The notes under the pieces were generated by a model. That model worked only from the letters and a program-made list of their open reading frames with translations. It searched no databases and was not told where the DNA came from. This document shows, piece after piece, positions 37,929 through 51,231 of a stretch of 64,000 nucleotides of DNA (positions are counted from its first letter, which is position 1; each line of letters opens with the position of its first letter). The position numbers were made by a program, and so were the translations under genes. The stretch lies in NCBI GenBank assembly GCA_951406725.2, contig OX597833.1, positions 496,001 to 560,000 on the forward strand, in the 5' to 3' direction. Source of the stretch: Octopus vulgaris (taxonomy: Eukaryota).

Positions 37929-39255
37929 ATTGTGTGTCTGTGTTTGTCCCCTAGCATTGCTGGTGTGTTTACGTCCCCGTCACTTAGCGGTTAGGCAAAA
38001 GAGACCGATAGAATAAGTACTGGGCTTACAAAGAATAAGTCCCGGGGTCGATTTGCTCGACTAAAGGCGGTGCTCCAGCATGGCCGCAGTCAAATGACTG
38101 AAACAAGTAAAAGAGTGAAAAGAGAGAGAGAGATAAATAAATAAATAATCACTGGTATTGCAACTTATATTTGTTGAGACGACTGTGGTTGACAATGTGC
38201 ACTTGCTACTGATGAAGCTCAACAAAGCAGAAATGCATGGATGACATTCTAACCACCGCTATTGGATGATTTTTGTCTGGTATTGATATATTTTGTGTTT
38301 TTGTGAAAATAGCATACTTAAGAGAAAATCTTACAGGCTATGATCATATAAGTCGTTGGATTGGCTAGCTGACTGACTTTCAACTCAGGCGGGAAGGTGG
38401 TGTTGATAAGCCACAAAAATGTCGAAACATCGTTGCCCATCACTCCCAAATAAGATTGAGGGTGAGTTATCTCACCTGTCCATGGCTCTAGGGTGTTTTA
38501 ACATCTTAGATCCACGTGAGTTATATACTCCGCTACGCCACTGCAGCCACCGGAAAATACACAAAGCATTTACATTAGTATATGTATTTAACAATATTTA
38601 TTATACTAGAATTGCTTTCACCTCATATGTAAATTCATGCATACATACATACATATATACATACATACACAATACATACATATATATATATATATATGTA
38701 TATATGTATATATATATACATATATATATATGTATGTATATGTATATATGTATGTATGTATGCATATATGTATGTAGATATATATATATATAAATAGATG
38801 AGTGTATTTTACCTTGTTAACAATTAACACGGATAAATGAATGAATAGTTACCAGGGCAGCAAAATCTCACAAGTAAAGATGTTGTAACTCCTTGTTTAT
38901 AAAGGTTGAAACTTCGTGTTTACGTTGAATATTTGAATAATAGGAATAAAAAATGGAGTCAACGCAGGTTTAAACAAGTATTTTTTCTTTCTACATATGT
39001 TTCAAAAATTCCACTGATACTTATTCAAAAGAATAAAAGGTATAAACAATGCAATCTTCTCTTCGGCAAAGTGAAAAAACGAAACTTGTCAATACGACAT
39101 TTTAGCAAAAAATGATGGATTCGTATAGCGATAGACAGAACGCTATTAATATTGTTTAAAAAAACGTTATATGATATAACGTCATAAGTAGCTAACAGAA
39201 AGAGTAGGGATATTAATAGTGAATGTTAAATATAAAGGAAATTAAAGTCTAGAGA

Positions 39256-40047
39256 CTACTTATATGCACTAAAAGTATGCTTTTGCCAATGCTTACATCT
39301 GTATGCTCGTTCTATAACCGTGTTTACTAGAGTATTTTTAGAAAAAATAATGAAAAATAGCTCAGAATTGCAGAGAAGACAGAATTTCTTGCCTTTGTCA
39401 TATGGTATCGAAATTGAGAGGATCAACCATTCCAAATGAAATTGTTCATTGTGGTCTTTTAAATTCCAAATCAGTTTGCTGAGACCGGTACTATTCCGTT
39501 TATTTCTATCTCTAAATGTTGAGTAATGGATAGAAATTCTCTTAGATAACTCTAACGATGTGCTTCCAATGTAAAATCGTACTTTATTACGAGTACTGAT
39601 TATACACTGGTATATAGAATTTTTAATCTTAGAGTTACTTGACATAAATTTAATTCTATTGGGATTGACTTCAGATACAATAACCTTGCTATTAATATTT
39701 CTAGAGGGTTGGATGGTAGTAGCTAAATTAATGTTAGTATTAGTAAATGTCTTAATATTTAACAGTTTGTTATTATGAGAAGATATAATTTGCAAGAGAT
39801 TTTTTGTGTTTGAAAAACCTATCCTAACCTTATGTGAATTAATTATAGAGTAATATCTAGAATTATTTGGAAAATTCCTAGCAATAGCTTGACGAAACAG
39901 CAGTGGGAGATTAGATTTAATTTGTCTCCCGTAAGGAATTATTAACCAAATATTTTTACTAGTATTCATAGCGTAATTACTTTTGAAGGTGTTATATTTA
40001 CTTTTAGATCGGTAATAGGGGAATAAATAAGGGTTATCTGCCTTCAT
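39256..40047 (-). pseudogene. Inverted copy of Penelope linker plus GIY-YIG ORF (YIG intact)
   Basis: 263-aa ORF identical to the C-terminal part of the plus-strand ORF except one G/R difference. Confidence 0.85.
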
Positions 40048-40201
40048 TCGCTTTGTATCGGTGCATTCTTTTTGAAATGGCTGAAGAGTTCCCTAACATT
40101 TATGGAGGTCTATATCGTGATGATTGTTTACTTTACCTCCAAAATGTTTCTAACCAAAAGGTACAAAAGTTAAGAACAGTTTAGTTAATTTTTTCAGTAG
40201 A

Positions 40202-41383
40202 ATGGGCTTAAAAATCGTTTTTGATGACGATCTGACGAAGGCCAACTTTTTAGATATTACCCTTAATTTACACAGTGACTCTTACTTCCCATATCATAAA
40301 CCGTTGACCAATCTTAAGTACATTAGCAAATTTAGTAATCATCCTGGAGCAATTACTAAGAATTTAGTTAAGAATATTTCATTTAGATTATCTAAATTAT
40401 CTGCTAATGTTGATATTTTCAATAATAACGCTGAATTCTATAACTCTGCCTTAATCAAAGCAGGTTATACAGAAAAAATTTTCTACATTGATTCTGCTCA
40501 GTCTAATTGTAAATTCAATAATGTAGATAAGATTTCTAGTCGTAAAAGAATTATTGATAACAAACATAACTTACGCACCGATACAAAGCGAATGAAGGCA
40601 GATAACCCTTATTTATTCCCCTATTACCGATCTAAAAGTAAATATAACACCTTCAAAAGTAATTACGCTATGAATACTAGTAAAAATATTTGGTTAATAA
40701 TTCCTTACGGGAGACAAATTAAATCTAATCTCCCACTGCTGTTTCGTCAAGCTATTGCTAGGAATTTTCCAAATAATTCTAGATATTACTCTATAATTAA
40801 TTCACATAAGGTTAGGATAGGTTTTTCAAACACAAAAAATCTCTTGCAAATTATATCTTCTCATAATAACAAACTGTTAAATATTAAGACATTTACTAAT
40901 ACTAACATTAATTTAGCTACTACCATCCAACCCTCTAGAAATATTAATAGCAAGGTTATTGTATCTGAAGTCAATCCCAATAGAATTAAATTTATGTCAA
41001 GTAACTCTAAGATTAAAAATTCTATATACCAGTGTATAATCAGTACTCGTAATAAAGTACGATTTTACATTAGAAGCACATCGTTAGAGTTATCTAAGAG
41101 AATTTCTATCCATTACTCAACATTTAGAGATAGAAATAAACGGAATAGTACCGGTCTCAGCAAACTGATTTGGAATTTAAAAGACCACAATGAACAATTT
41201 CATTTGGAATGGTTGATCCTCTCAATTTCGATACCATATGACAAAGGCAAGAAATTCTGTCTTCTCTGCAATTCTGAGCTATTTTTCATTATTTTTTCTA
41301 AAAATACTCTAGTAAACACGGTTATAGAACGAGCATACAGATGTAAGCATTGGCAAAAGCATACTTTTAGTGCATATAAGTAG
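40202..41383 (+). pseudogene. Truncated Penelope RT C-terminus plus GIY-YIG ORF (YIG mutated to YIR)
   Basis: 393-aa ORF separated from the YRDD segment by a frameshift. Confidence 0.85.
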
Positions 41384-41694
41384 TCTCTAGACTTTAATTT
41401 CCTTTATATTTAACATTCACTATTAATATCCCTACTCTTTCTGTTAGCTACTTATGACGTTATATCATATAACGTTTTTTTAAACAATATTAATAGCGTT
41501 CTGTCTATCGCTATACGAATCCATCATTTTTTGCTAAAATGTCGTATTGACAAGTTTCGTTTTTTCACTTTGCCGAAGAGAAGATTGCATTGTTTATACC
41601 ATTTATTCTTTTGAATAAGTATCAGTGGAATTTTTGAAACATATGTAGAAAGAAAAAATACTTGTTTAAACCTGCGTTGACTCCATTTTTTATT

Positions 41695-41751
<57 letters not shown>

Positions 41752-41939
41752 GGGAGTGTATTGCCCAGTTTGCATACATCATATTGACACGGAAGGGCAT
41801 TGGTCGGTGCGGGGGTTATAGTAGAAGACATTTGCCCAAGATGCCACCCAACGGGACGGAACTCGAAGCCACCAGTTTCTATATCGAGCTTTTTAACCAC
41901 ACGGCAATGCCTCTGTCATTATACATACATGCACACACA

Positions 41940-41979
<40 letters not shown>

Positions 41980-42000
41980 TGTATATATGTATGTATGTAT

Positions 42001-42171
42001 ATGGTGGTGGTTGTGGTGGTGGAGATGATGATGATGACAATGATGATAGTACTGATGATGATGAGGGTGACGACGATGAACATAATAATAGTGGTGGTGA
42101 TGATCATGATGACGACGACGACAACGACGATGATCATAATGATGATGATGGTGATGATGGTGATGATGATG

Positions 42172-42221
<50 letters not shown>

Positions 42222-42422
42222 AGTGATACTGCTGGAGCTACTGCTGCTGCTGCTGGGGCTGTTGGTGGCGATAATGGTGGTAGTGATGGTGGTGGTGGTG
42301 GTGGTGGACATGATGATGATGATGATGATGGTGACGCCGTCGGACCCAGCGCCGCCGACGACAACGTCGATGATGGTAGTGGTGGTGATGATGACAATGA
42401 TGATGACGACGATGACGCCTAC
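42001..42422. repeat. (GAT/GGT)n low-complexity tract
   Basis: Direct reading. Confidence 0.9.
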
Positions 42423-42520
42423 GATTATTCAAGCGGTGACAGTTGTTGACATTACTTATGGCGAATGACCCAACAATGAGATAAAAAAAACCCATCAAAT
42501 TGCTTTCGTTTTTTCCTTAC

Positions 42521-42649
42521 ATTTCTTCCAGTCTTTCGTAAGGTTTCCTATAATTTGTTTTTCTGTACTTGTTGCATTGACACCAAGCTCTGTATTTATT
42601 GAACATTCACCCATCGACATGTTATGAGCATCTAGCAACTGAGATGGAT
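42521..42649 (-). CDS. SLC34A2: SLC34 exon (glycosylated extracellular loop)
   Basis: 129 nt, ttccag/gtaagg, phase 1-1, open frame with NMS, NAT and NLT sequons; ends KK(C) and joins CHHVF of the last exon. Confidence 0.85.
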
Positions 42650-42882
42650 CTGGAATAGGAACGAGTACATATATATTTAATCATGCTTGTAGACGACATA
42701 CAAGGGGACTATTACACATGTTTAAGGACAGCTGCATATTGTATATAGCAAAACATATCTGTTTTGTTGTGTCTAGGGAGGGTCATTACGCCAATATTAA
42801 TAACACACGCACTGGTTCAGATCCACTCCTTTATTATAAAAATAATAATACAAATTATAAAAATAATAGAAAAAAGATCCAA

Positions 42883-43673
42883 TACTGTACTATTTCTGCT
42901 TCGCGGATTTTCACATATCGCGGGGCGTTTTGGAACGTAACACACGCGATAATCGAGGGATTACTGTAGATAAACCGGCCATATCTGGTCCAAATAATCT
43001 ACCCCTTTTGTGTTCGAGCTAGCCTTGTCCAGCTTAGTCAAGTGGTTAAATATCCAACTAGTTAACCATTCGATCGTTTGTTTAACTTTTTTTTTGCCAT
43101 ATTTTTTTTTGCCATATTTTTTTTGCCGCCATTTGCAACTTTCTCGGTGACTTCTCTCCCAGTTCGTTACGGGATTGATTGCTAATTACCAACAAATTAA
43201 ACAAACAACCGATTAGTTAGTTGGACATTTAATCAATTGATTAATAATTAAAGAGTGGAATCGAACCGGTGCGTGCGTTATTAATATTAGCGTAATGATC
43301 CTCCATAGACGTAACCAAAATTTGTTTCAACACACGAATTCACATAAAGAATCTTGCAAACCAGATACAAAAAAATAAGTAGGAACATGTCTGTGCATTA
43401 AATATATTTAACCCTTTCGTACAGTATTGTGGTTCACCTATCGCAGTTTATTATTTAAGTTTAAGTCGATTCCTCCGTGGTATTTTGCATTTATAATAAA
43501 ATAAATATATACAAATTCAGTACAGTACTGTTTCTACTTCGCGGATTTTCACATATCGCGGGGCGTTTTGGAGCGTAACACACGCGATAATCGAGGGATT
43601 ATTGTAGTTAAACCGGCTATATCTGGTCTAAATAATCTACCCCTTTTGTGTTCGAACTAGCCTTGTCCAGCTT
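42883..43673. repeat. Direct duplication of about 150 bp (42883-43035 and 43522-43673) including a Tigger-like terminus
   Basis: ttcgcggattttcacatatcgcgggg...cgcgataatcgagggatta.tg|TA plus shared flank. Confidence 0.7.
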
Positions 43674-43820
43674 CTTACCCCTACTCTACAATGTTATTAT
43701 AAAATGAAACAATTACAACATTGAAATCTCAAAGCTATGAGATAATGCGTGATTATTTCAAAACAATAAGAATAAACAAGCGTTTTATTTGATAGAGAAA
43801 TCTGAATACAAAACGGTTAT

Positions 43821-43959
<139 letters not shown>

Positions 43960-44074
43960 ATAGTAATGCAATACGAAAGTATTGCTTTCCAGTAAAAGAT
44001 AGCCCGTAAGGGTAAAATTATACATAAAAGTAAATAAATGGTACAACGAAGTACCGATATTTACTGGAAAACTG

Positions 44075-44218
<144 letters not shown>

Positions 44219-44273
44219 ACCATCCATCCATCCATCCATCCATCCATCCATCCATCCATCCATCTATCCATCC

Positions 44274-44341
<68 letters not shown>

Positions 44342-44401
44342 GCATTATAAAAATATTTACATTAAAGAATGATAATTTAAAAGACAAATATATATACTTA
44401 C

Positions 44402-44516
44402 CGGGAGTGAAAAAGCCATGGCTTCCATTAACCGGAAGTGTCTTCTCACACCATCTTTTTACTAGACTTTCCACATCATCGCCATTTGCAATTTTCTTTA
44501 AACACTCCGAGTCCAG
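44402..44516 (-). CDS. SLC34A2: SLC34 exon (extracellular loop, first Cys)
   Basis: 115 nt, ttgtag/gtaagt; [25 protein letters not shown] matches the LD...IA.GD...SL.K.WC pattern. Confidence 0.9.
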
Positions 44517-45789
44517 CTACAAGGAATCGAGAAAACATTGAATAAACTCCCAGTACTTTTTTTAATGTAAAGAACATACTGTTTTACTTTTTTATGTCTT
44601 AGTGGCACCAAGGCCCTGATCTTAATACCTTTTCTTTTTCAAATATCCTGTTTCTAAAATTACATTATGCAGTACTAGCAGTATCGCCCGGCGTTGCTCG
44701 GGTTTGTAAGGGAAATAACTGTATAAGCATTTTTTAGAGAGTTACTTCCCTTATATAAAACCGAGTAAAAAATGCATTAAAAAAGCGAAAAAATTATACT
44801 CTTTCTCTTTTTACTCTTTTTACTTGTTTCAGTCATTTGACTGCGGCCATGCTGGAGCACCGCCCTTAGTCGAGCAAATCGACCCCGGGACTTATTCTTT
44901 TGTAAGCCCAGTACTTATTCTATCGGTCTCTTTTGCCGAACCGCTAAGTGACGGGGACGTAAACACACCAGCATCGGTTGTCAAGCAATGCTAGGGGGAC
45001 AAACACAGACACACAAACATATTCACACACACTTATATATATATACACACACCACCATCGGTTGTCAAGCGATGTTGGGGGGGATAAACACAAACACACA
45101 AAGATATACACACGTACATATATACGACAGGCTTCTTTCAGTTTCCGTCTACCAAATCCACTCACAAGGCATTGGTCGGCCCGGGGCTATAGCAGAAGAC
45201 ACTTGCCCAAGATGCCACGCAGTGGGACTGAACCCGGAACCATGTGGTTGGTTAGCAAGCTACTTACCAAACAGCCACTCCTGCGCCTATGGTAAATTAC
45301 CTTATGGTAAATTTTTTTTTAAATCGTAGACTCATCGTAGAATATAAGTGTGCTGCATGTGAAAAAAAGGTTGCGGAGCAATGGTATTAAGCCAACCTCG
45401 AGTAAAGTATTCCGCTATCAAGTCTCTTTTATGTGGCATATCAGAAGGTCTAAAAGAATGAAAGAATGAGAGTGTGGGTAGATGAGGAAGCTGGGTGAGA
45501 AGATAATATGTGGGTGGCTGAGTGTGACTGGGTGGCTACACTCACTCAACCATGCGACCACCCACCCTGGTTGTGTGAACGGGTAGGTGAGTGATTGGGC
45601 CGAGTGAGTGAATGATTGAGCGGAAGAATATATATGGGTGTATGACAGATGACTAGTTAGGTGGACAGGTACACAGGTGAATGAAGGAATGCGTGAGTGA
45701 GTGGACGGGTGGACGGGTGGAGGGGAGAGTGGAAGTGTCGCTCAGCGGGACGGGGTGGGGGTGGGGTGGTTAGGTAGGTTCCTTGGTGT

Positions 45790-46582
45790 TTAACAACGAC
45801 GATGGTAAGGATGACAACGATGGTGGTGATGTTGACGACAACGACGATGATGAAAACTGACGATGACGATGACGACAATGGCGATAATGGCGATGATGAC
45901 AACAACGGTAGCAATAATGGCGACAACGACAAAGATGACGATGACAACGACGGTGATGATGACGAAAACGACAAAATTTGATGATGACGATGATGACAAC
46001 AATAACGATGATGACGATGGCGACGACGACGATGGCGATGATGAAAACAACACCGACGATGATGGCGATGATAACAACGATGGCGATAATGGCGACAACC
46101 ACAAAAATGACGACGACATGATGACGATGATGACGACGACGATGATGATGACGACAATGACGATGATGGCGATGACAATGACGACGACGACGACGACGAT
46201 GATGACAACAACGATGGCGATAATGGCGACAACAACAAAGATGACGACGACACGATGATGATGATGACGACGAAGGCGACGATGACAACCACGGCGATGT
46301 TGACGAAAACGACAAAATTTGATGACGATGATGACGAAAACGACGGCGATGATGACAACGGCAAAGATGACGATGACAACGACAAAATTTGAAGATGACG
46401 ATGACAACGATGACGATGATGAAAACAACGATGGCGATAATGACGATAACGACAAAGATGACGACGACACGATGACGATGATGACAACGGGGAAAAGATG
46501 ACGATGACAACGACGGCGATGATGACGACAACGATAAAAATGATGACAAAAATGATGACGACAACGCTGACGATGACAACAA
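45790..46582. repeat. Degenerate (GAY/AAC)n trinucleotide array in SLC34 intron
   Basis: Direct reading; recurring acgacaaaatttga and atggcgataatggcga subunits. Confidence 0.95.
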
Positions 46583-46627
46583 GAAATGGGAAGTGAGTAT
46601 TGTATTTTTTCTGGAGAACGACCTTAC

Positions 46628-46935
46628 CTCAATGATAAGATCAGTGAACGGCCGAGTGATCACCTGCAGCAGTTCAATACGATCGAATTTCGTGTTACCT
46701 GAGATGCCATCCATAATGGCACCCGTAAGTCGGTAGAGGTAACCGCTGGCGGCCTCCAACGGCAACAAGATTAGCACCGTTAACCAGTTGAACATATCCA
46801 AGATAGTGGCGGCGGCGAATGCTCGGCGGAACTCGTTCCGGTTGCCTGCTTGAGCTAAAGAAACGATGGTGTTTGTGATTGAGGTCCCGATATTGGCGCC
46901 CATCACTAGCGGTATCGTTGCTTTGACGCTGATAA
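46628..46935 (-). CDS. SLC34A2: SLC34 exon with GANIGTS motif
   Basis: 308 nt, ttccag/gtaagg; IPLVMGANIGTSITNTIVS...FRRAFAAATILDMFNWL...FTDLIIE. Confidence 0.95.
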
Positions 46936-48465
46936 CTGGAAATATAAAGTAAAACCTATAATTAAAACAATCAGATCGAAACATCGTATAAGTGTAAATA
47001 CTGGTTGTAAATTTTGGCACAAGGCCAGCAATTTCTGGTGGGGAGGGGGTGCAAGTCGTGCAAGTCGATTACATTGAACCCAGTGCTCAACTGGTACTTA
47101 TTTTATCGACCCAGAAATGTTAAAAGGCAAAACTGACCTCGGCTGAATTTGAACTCAGAACGTAAAGACGGACCAAATAATAATTTCTTTACTACCCACA
47201 AGGGGCTAAACACAGAGAGGACAAACAAGAACATACAAACGGATTAAGTCGATTATATCGACCCCAGTGCGTAACTGGTACTTAATTTATCGACCCCGAA
47301 AGGATGAAAGACATAGTCGACCTCGGCTGAATTTGAACTCAGAACGTAAAGACGGACCAAATAATAATTTCTTTACTACCCACAAGGGGCTAAACACAGA
47401 GAGGAGCCAAACAAGGACAGACAAACGGATTAAGTCGATTAGATTGACCTCAGTGCGAAACTGGTACTTTATTTATCGACCCCGAAAGGATGAAAGGCAA
47501 AGTCGCTCTCGGCGGAATTTGAACTCAGAACGTAGCGGTAGACGAAATACCGCCAAAGCTTCTGGCTGGTGAGGATCGAACCACAATTCACCTACTTTCA
47601 ATCCAGATTTCCTCCCAGCCCTCGCCCCTCAAACTTCGTCTATCTTTTTTCTGCATCGTCTTTCACGTCTTCCTAACCTTCTTTCAGTCCCATCTCACTA
47701 CATTTGCCTTCAAGATGATTGACACTTGCGTCCACTTTGCCATACATTCAACACTTATTAAACTCGGTGGCTTCTGTCAATTTTTGTTTTAACAACATTT
47801 GTTCTAATCGCTTGTTCTTGCGCAGTCATGATAAGGGTCGCGATTTCTGTTTACAGTTTTACAACCATCTCTCAGTCAAACTCATAACTCCTCTCCTTCC
47901 TATGTCCTCCCTTTACAAACTGACAAACTGCCCATGTAACACTCTTTTTCCCGTCCTCTTTTCAATCGTTTCCCTTCTTTTGTTTATAATCCTTTATTCT
48001 AAGTGCTTAACATTGATCTCCCTGCTTGTTCTTATAAAGCCTCATCGCTTCTCCTAATGCACTTCCCTACCTTTATAATTGCCAAGTACACTGGGACGAT
48101 ACACGGTACATTACGTGACCCCTCAATTTCACATTTTTCTCGAGTCCCTGAACCACAGATTCCTTCGTTTTCTCGGGCTATTAACGCACCAAATTCTTAA
48201 TGCACAAGTTCTTCTACGTAGCCAGTGCCGCCCCAAAGGCATGTCGAAGAGGGAGTTAGGAGTTAGGAGGAGGTGAAGGGGCGGCAAGGTAACATAATTA
48301 ACATATCAAATTTTACCTATAATAGTTATTATATTATACAATGCATGTATATATACATACATGCACACACACATATACATCAATTCATACATACATACAT
48401 CAATATACATCAATTCATTCATACATACATACATAATACATACATAATACATACATACATACATA

Positions 48466-48520
<55 letters not shown>

Positions 48521-48593
48521 GAAATGAGGTACTCAGAAATTCTGAGTACCTCATTTCTTCTAATATAAATTACTTGTACACCATCTCCAAACC

Positions 48594-48650
<57 letters not shown>

Positions 48651-48866
48651 TCATCATCATCATCATCGTTTAACGCCCGTTTTCCGCGCTAGCACGGGTT
48701 ATATATATATATACAGACACATACATACATGCATTATGTGTGTGTGTATGATAAAGATAAGTAATAAACAAGCTGGTACAGTTCTGTATTTAAGAGATGA
48801 GGAATTATGTACATTATTTACATTATTTACATTTGATGGATATTTGTCCTCATCTTGTTTGTTGTT

Positions 48867-48913
48867 AACATAACGTTTCGGCTGATATACCCTCCAGCCT
48901 TCATCAGGTATCT
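48867..48913 (-). ncRNA. Hammerhead motif (family A)
   Basis: GATAC-CTGATGA-A-GGCTG-GAGGGTATAT-CAGCC-GAAA-CG-TT-ATGTT. Confidence 0.65.
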
Positions 48914-48959
48914 TGGGGAAATTTTGAACTTGGCTTCTCATTCCTAAGGTATTTTTCGA

Positions 48960-49032
<73 letters not shown>

Positions 49033-49039
49033 GTTATTA

Positions 49040-49382
49040 TTTTCTTCTTTCTTCAAATTTTCTTCCGTTTCTCGCCGAGTGTTTTCCGTACACCTAGGGC
49101 AGAGAAGCTCATTGTATGCATTCCCAGATTACACGCGCAAATTCACAGATAAAATATGTATATAAAAATTGATAAATAAATAAATTCATGAATGGATGTT
49201 ATTTTCACAGCGATAATGTTCTTCTCAGTACATGAGCCGTTCCAGTTAATACGATTTTTTGCACTTCCTGTAGGGATGGTAAGCCTGTTATCATTTTCAA
49301 ATAGGTTTCAGTACCTTTTTTTTTTTTATCATTCCTAGAGATCCTACAATCACTGGTACTGTAGTTGCCTTGAGATGCCACA

Positions 49383-49384
<2 letters not shown>
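49040..49384 (-). mobile_element. R4/Dong-like non-LTR retrotransposon 3' end inserted in a (TAA)n tract
   Basis: Minus-strand translation WHLKATTVPVIVGSLG...LQEVQKIVLTGTAHVLRRTLSL* is typical of the C-terminus of restriction-like-endonuclease elements; (ATT)n lies on both sides. Confidence 0.7.
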
Positions 49385-49449
<65 letters not shown>

Positions 49450-49574
49450 GGTGTTTGTTTCTATTCTCTACGCTCTGAGTTCAAACCTCGCTATGTTTTT
49501 TGTGGGTCATAGACTTAATCCGTTTTTATTGTACATATATGTACGTGTATCTCTGTCAGTCTGTCTGTCTCTCG

Positions 49575-49609
<35 letters not shown>

Positions 49610-49621
49610 CACATACACACA

Positions 49622-49661
<40 letters not shown>

Positions 49662-49821
49662 TTATGAAACAAAATTTTTATATAAATTCTGCATACACTA
49701 ACGGATTTCCACATGTATATCCAGTAAGAGAAGAAATCCCGCTGTATGATGGCCTATGGTAGCCGATAACCGTATAGGAGCTTTGAAGTGCATATTATGA
49801 AGTTATTAACCAGATGGTGAT

Positions 49822-49857
<36 letters not shown>

Positions 49858-49890
49858 CTTCATACACACACACATATGTATGTATATGTA

Positions 49891-49953
<63 letters not shown>

Positions 49954-50095
49954 ACATACAGTTATATCTTACATAGTTTTGATAAATCCATTTAGTATGC
50001 GGAGTGTGTTTGTGGTGTTGTTGGTGTTGGAATTGGTTGGTGGGGGTGGGGGCGTTGAATATGAATTAATAAAAACAAAAAAAATTGTTACCTAC

Positions 50096-50239
50096 TTTTT
50101 GATGCCACCATGGATACCATGATCGACGTGGAGGTAGATGAGCTTTGTACCAATACTGTGAATAAAACACCGATCATTAATCCGGCAACTGGATTCGATA
50201 CAATTTCACTTTGACTGATCGCTTTTCCGGCACCTTTTC
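50096..50239 (-). CDS. SLC34A2: SLC34 exon with first QSSS motif
   Basis: 144 nt, KGAGK...[33 protein letters not shown]; phases consistent with neighbouring exons. Confidence 0.95.
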
Positions 50240-50439
50240 CTGTAAGACAAATGGAGAAGATAGCAATAATTACTACGGACCTGTTAGAAATAACTGCCAA
50301 AATAACAATATCAAATCCTCTCTCTCTCTCTTCATTTTTTCCGTTTTGCATTTTCTGATGAATGTAAAAATTCCGAAACGTCAATTAAACTTATGAAATC
50401 ATCCTACGAATACCTTAAATGTATATACACTTGACATAC

Positions 50440-50568
50440 CTCCTATTAAACGGAATGCTGAGCTGAGGAAATCCAGGGAACAAACGAATAGATAGAAGAA
50501 ACCTGTAAGGAGAATGACTTTGCCGATGGCGGTGAAGACTCGCAGACATTTCTCCTTGGAATCGAGTT
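50440..50568 (-). CDS. SLC34A2: SLC34 exon
   Basis: AG/GT bounded, 129 nt, LDSKEKCLRV...YLFVCSLDFLSSAFRLIG(G). Confidence 0.93.
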
Positions 50569-50983
50569 CTGTAAATAGAGAAAAATAATTTGTTAATAGA
50601 CAGAAATATGCGTCTATGTTTGCAATGGAGGTGCGTATCTGTGTGTGTGTGTGCGTAAACATGTATGTATGTATGTATGTATGTATGTATGTATGTATGT
50701 ATGTATGTATGTATGTATGTATGTATGTATGTATGTATGTATGAATGTATGTATGTTTGTATGTTATGTATGTATGTGTGTATGAATGTATGTTTGTATG
50801 TATGTTATGTATGTATGTATGTATGGTATGATATGGTATGTATGTATGTATGGTATGTATGTACATGGATATGTGTGTGTGTTATGTACGAATGTGTGAG
50901 TATGAATGTATGTATAAAAGTGTGTATATATATACATATATACGCATGCATATATATATATATATGTGTGTGTGTGTATTAAT

Positions 50984-51052
<69 letters not shown>

Positions 51053-51231
51053 CGACGGGCTTCTTTCAGTTTCCGCCTACCAAATCCACTCACAAGGCAT
51101 TGGTCGGCCCGGGGCTATAGCAGAAGACAATTGCCTAAGATGCCACGCAGTGGGACTGAACCCGGAACCATGTGGTTGGTAAACAAGCTACTTACCGCAC
51201 AGCCACATATATGTCTTCCCAATAGCAACAT

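Larger units (their letters stand above)
38940..41699 (+). mobile_element. Penelope-like retroelement, 5'-truncated, with its 3' part duplicated in inverted orientation
   Basis: GLYRDD RT motif near 40105-40122, a frameshift, then NFLDITLNL, PYHKP, SNHP and a GIY-YIG endonuclease (SIYQC...FYIGST). 38940-40064 is the reverse complement of 40575-41699. Confidence 0.92.

Noticed and set aside
38205-38245. CTGATGA-AGCT..AGC-A-GAAA-TGCA-TG hammerhead-like string
   Set aside because: No stem I pairing, G at the cleavage position and a single copy; at best a decayed relic.
41784-42498. Asp/Gly-rich 221-aa ORF resembling an acidic matrix protein
   Set aside because: It starts in a SINE fragment, crosses (CA)n, is open in multiple frames and has no splice support; it is an intronic simple repeat.
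45657-47020. 416-, 276- and 226-aa ORFs rich in Ser/His/Arg/Val
   Set aside because: Only 46628-46935 is SLC34 exon, with a strong gtaagg donor; the rest is read-through into a trinucleotide array that is open in several frames.
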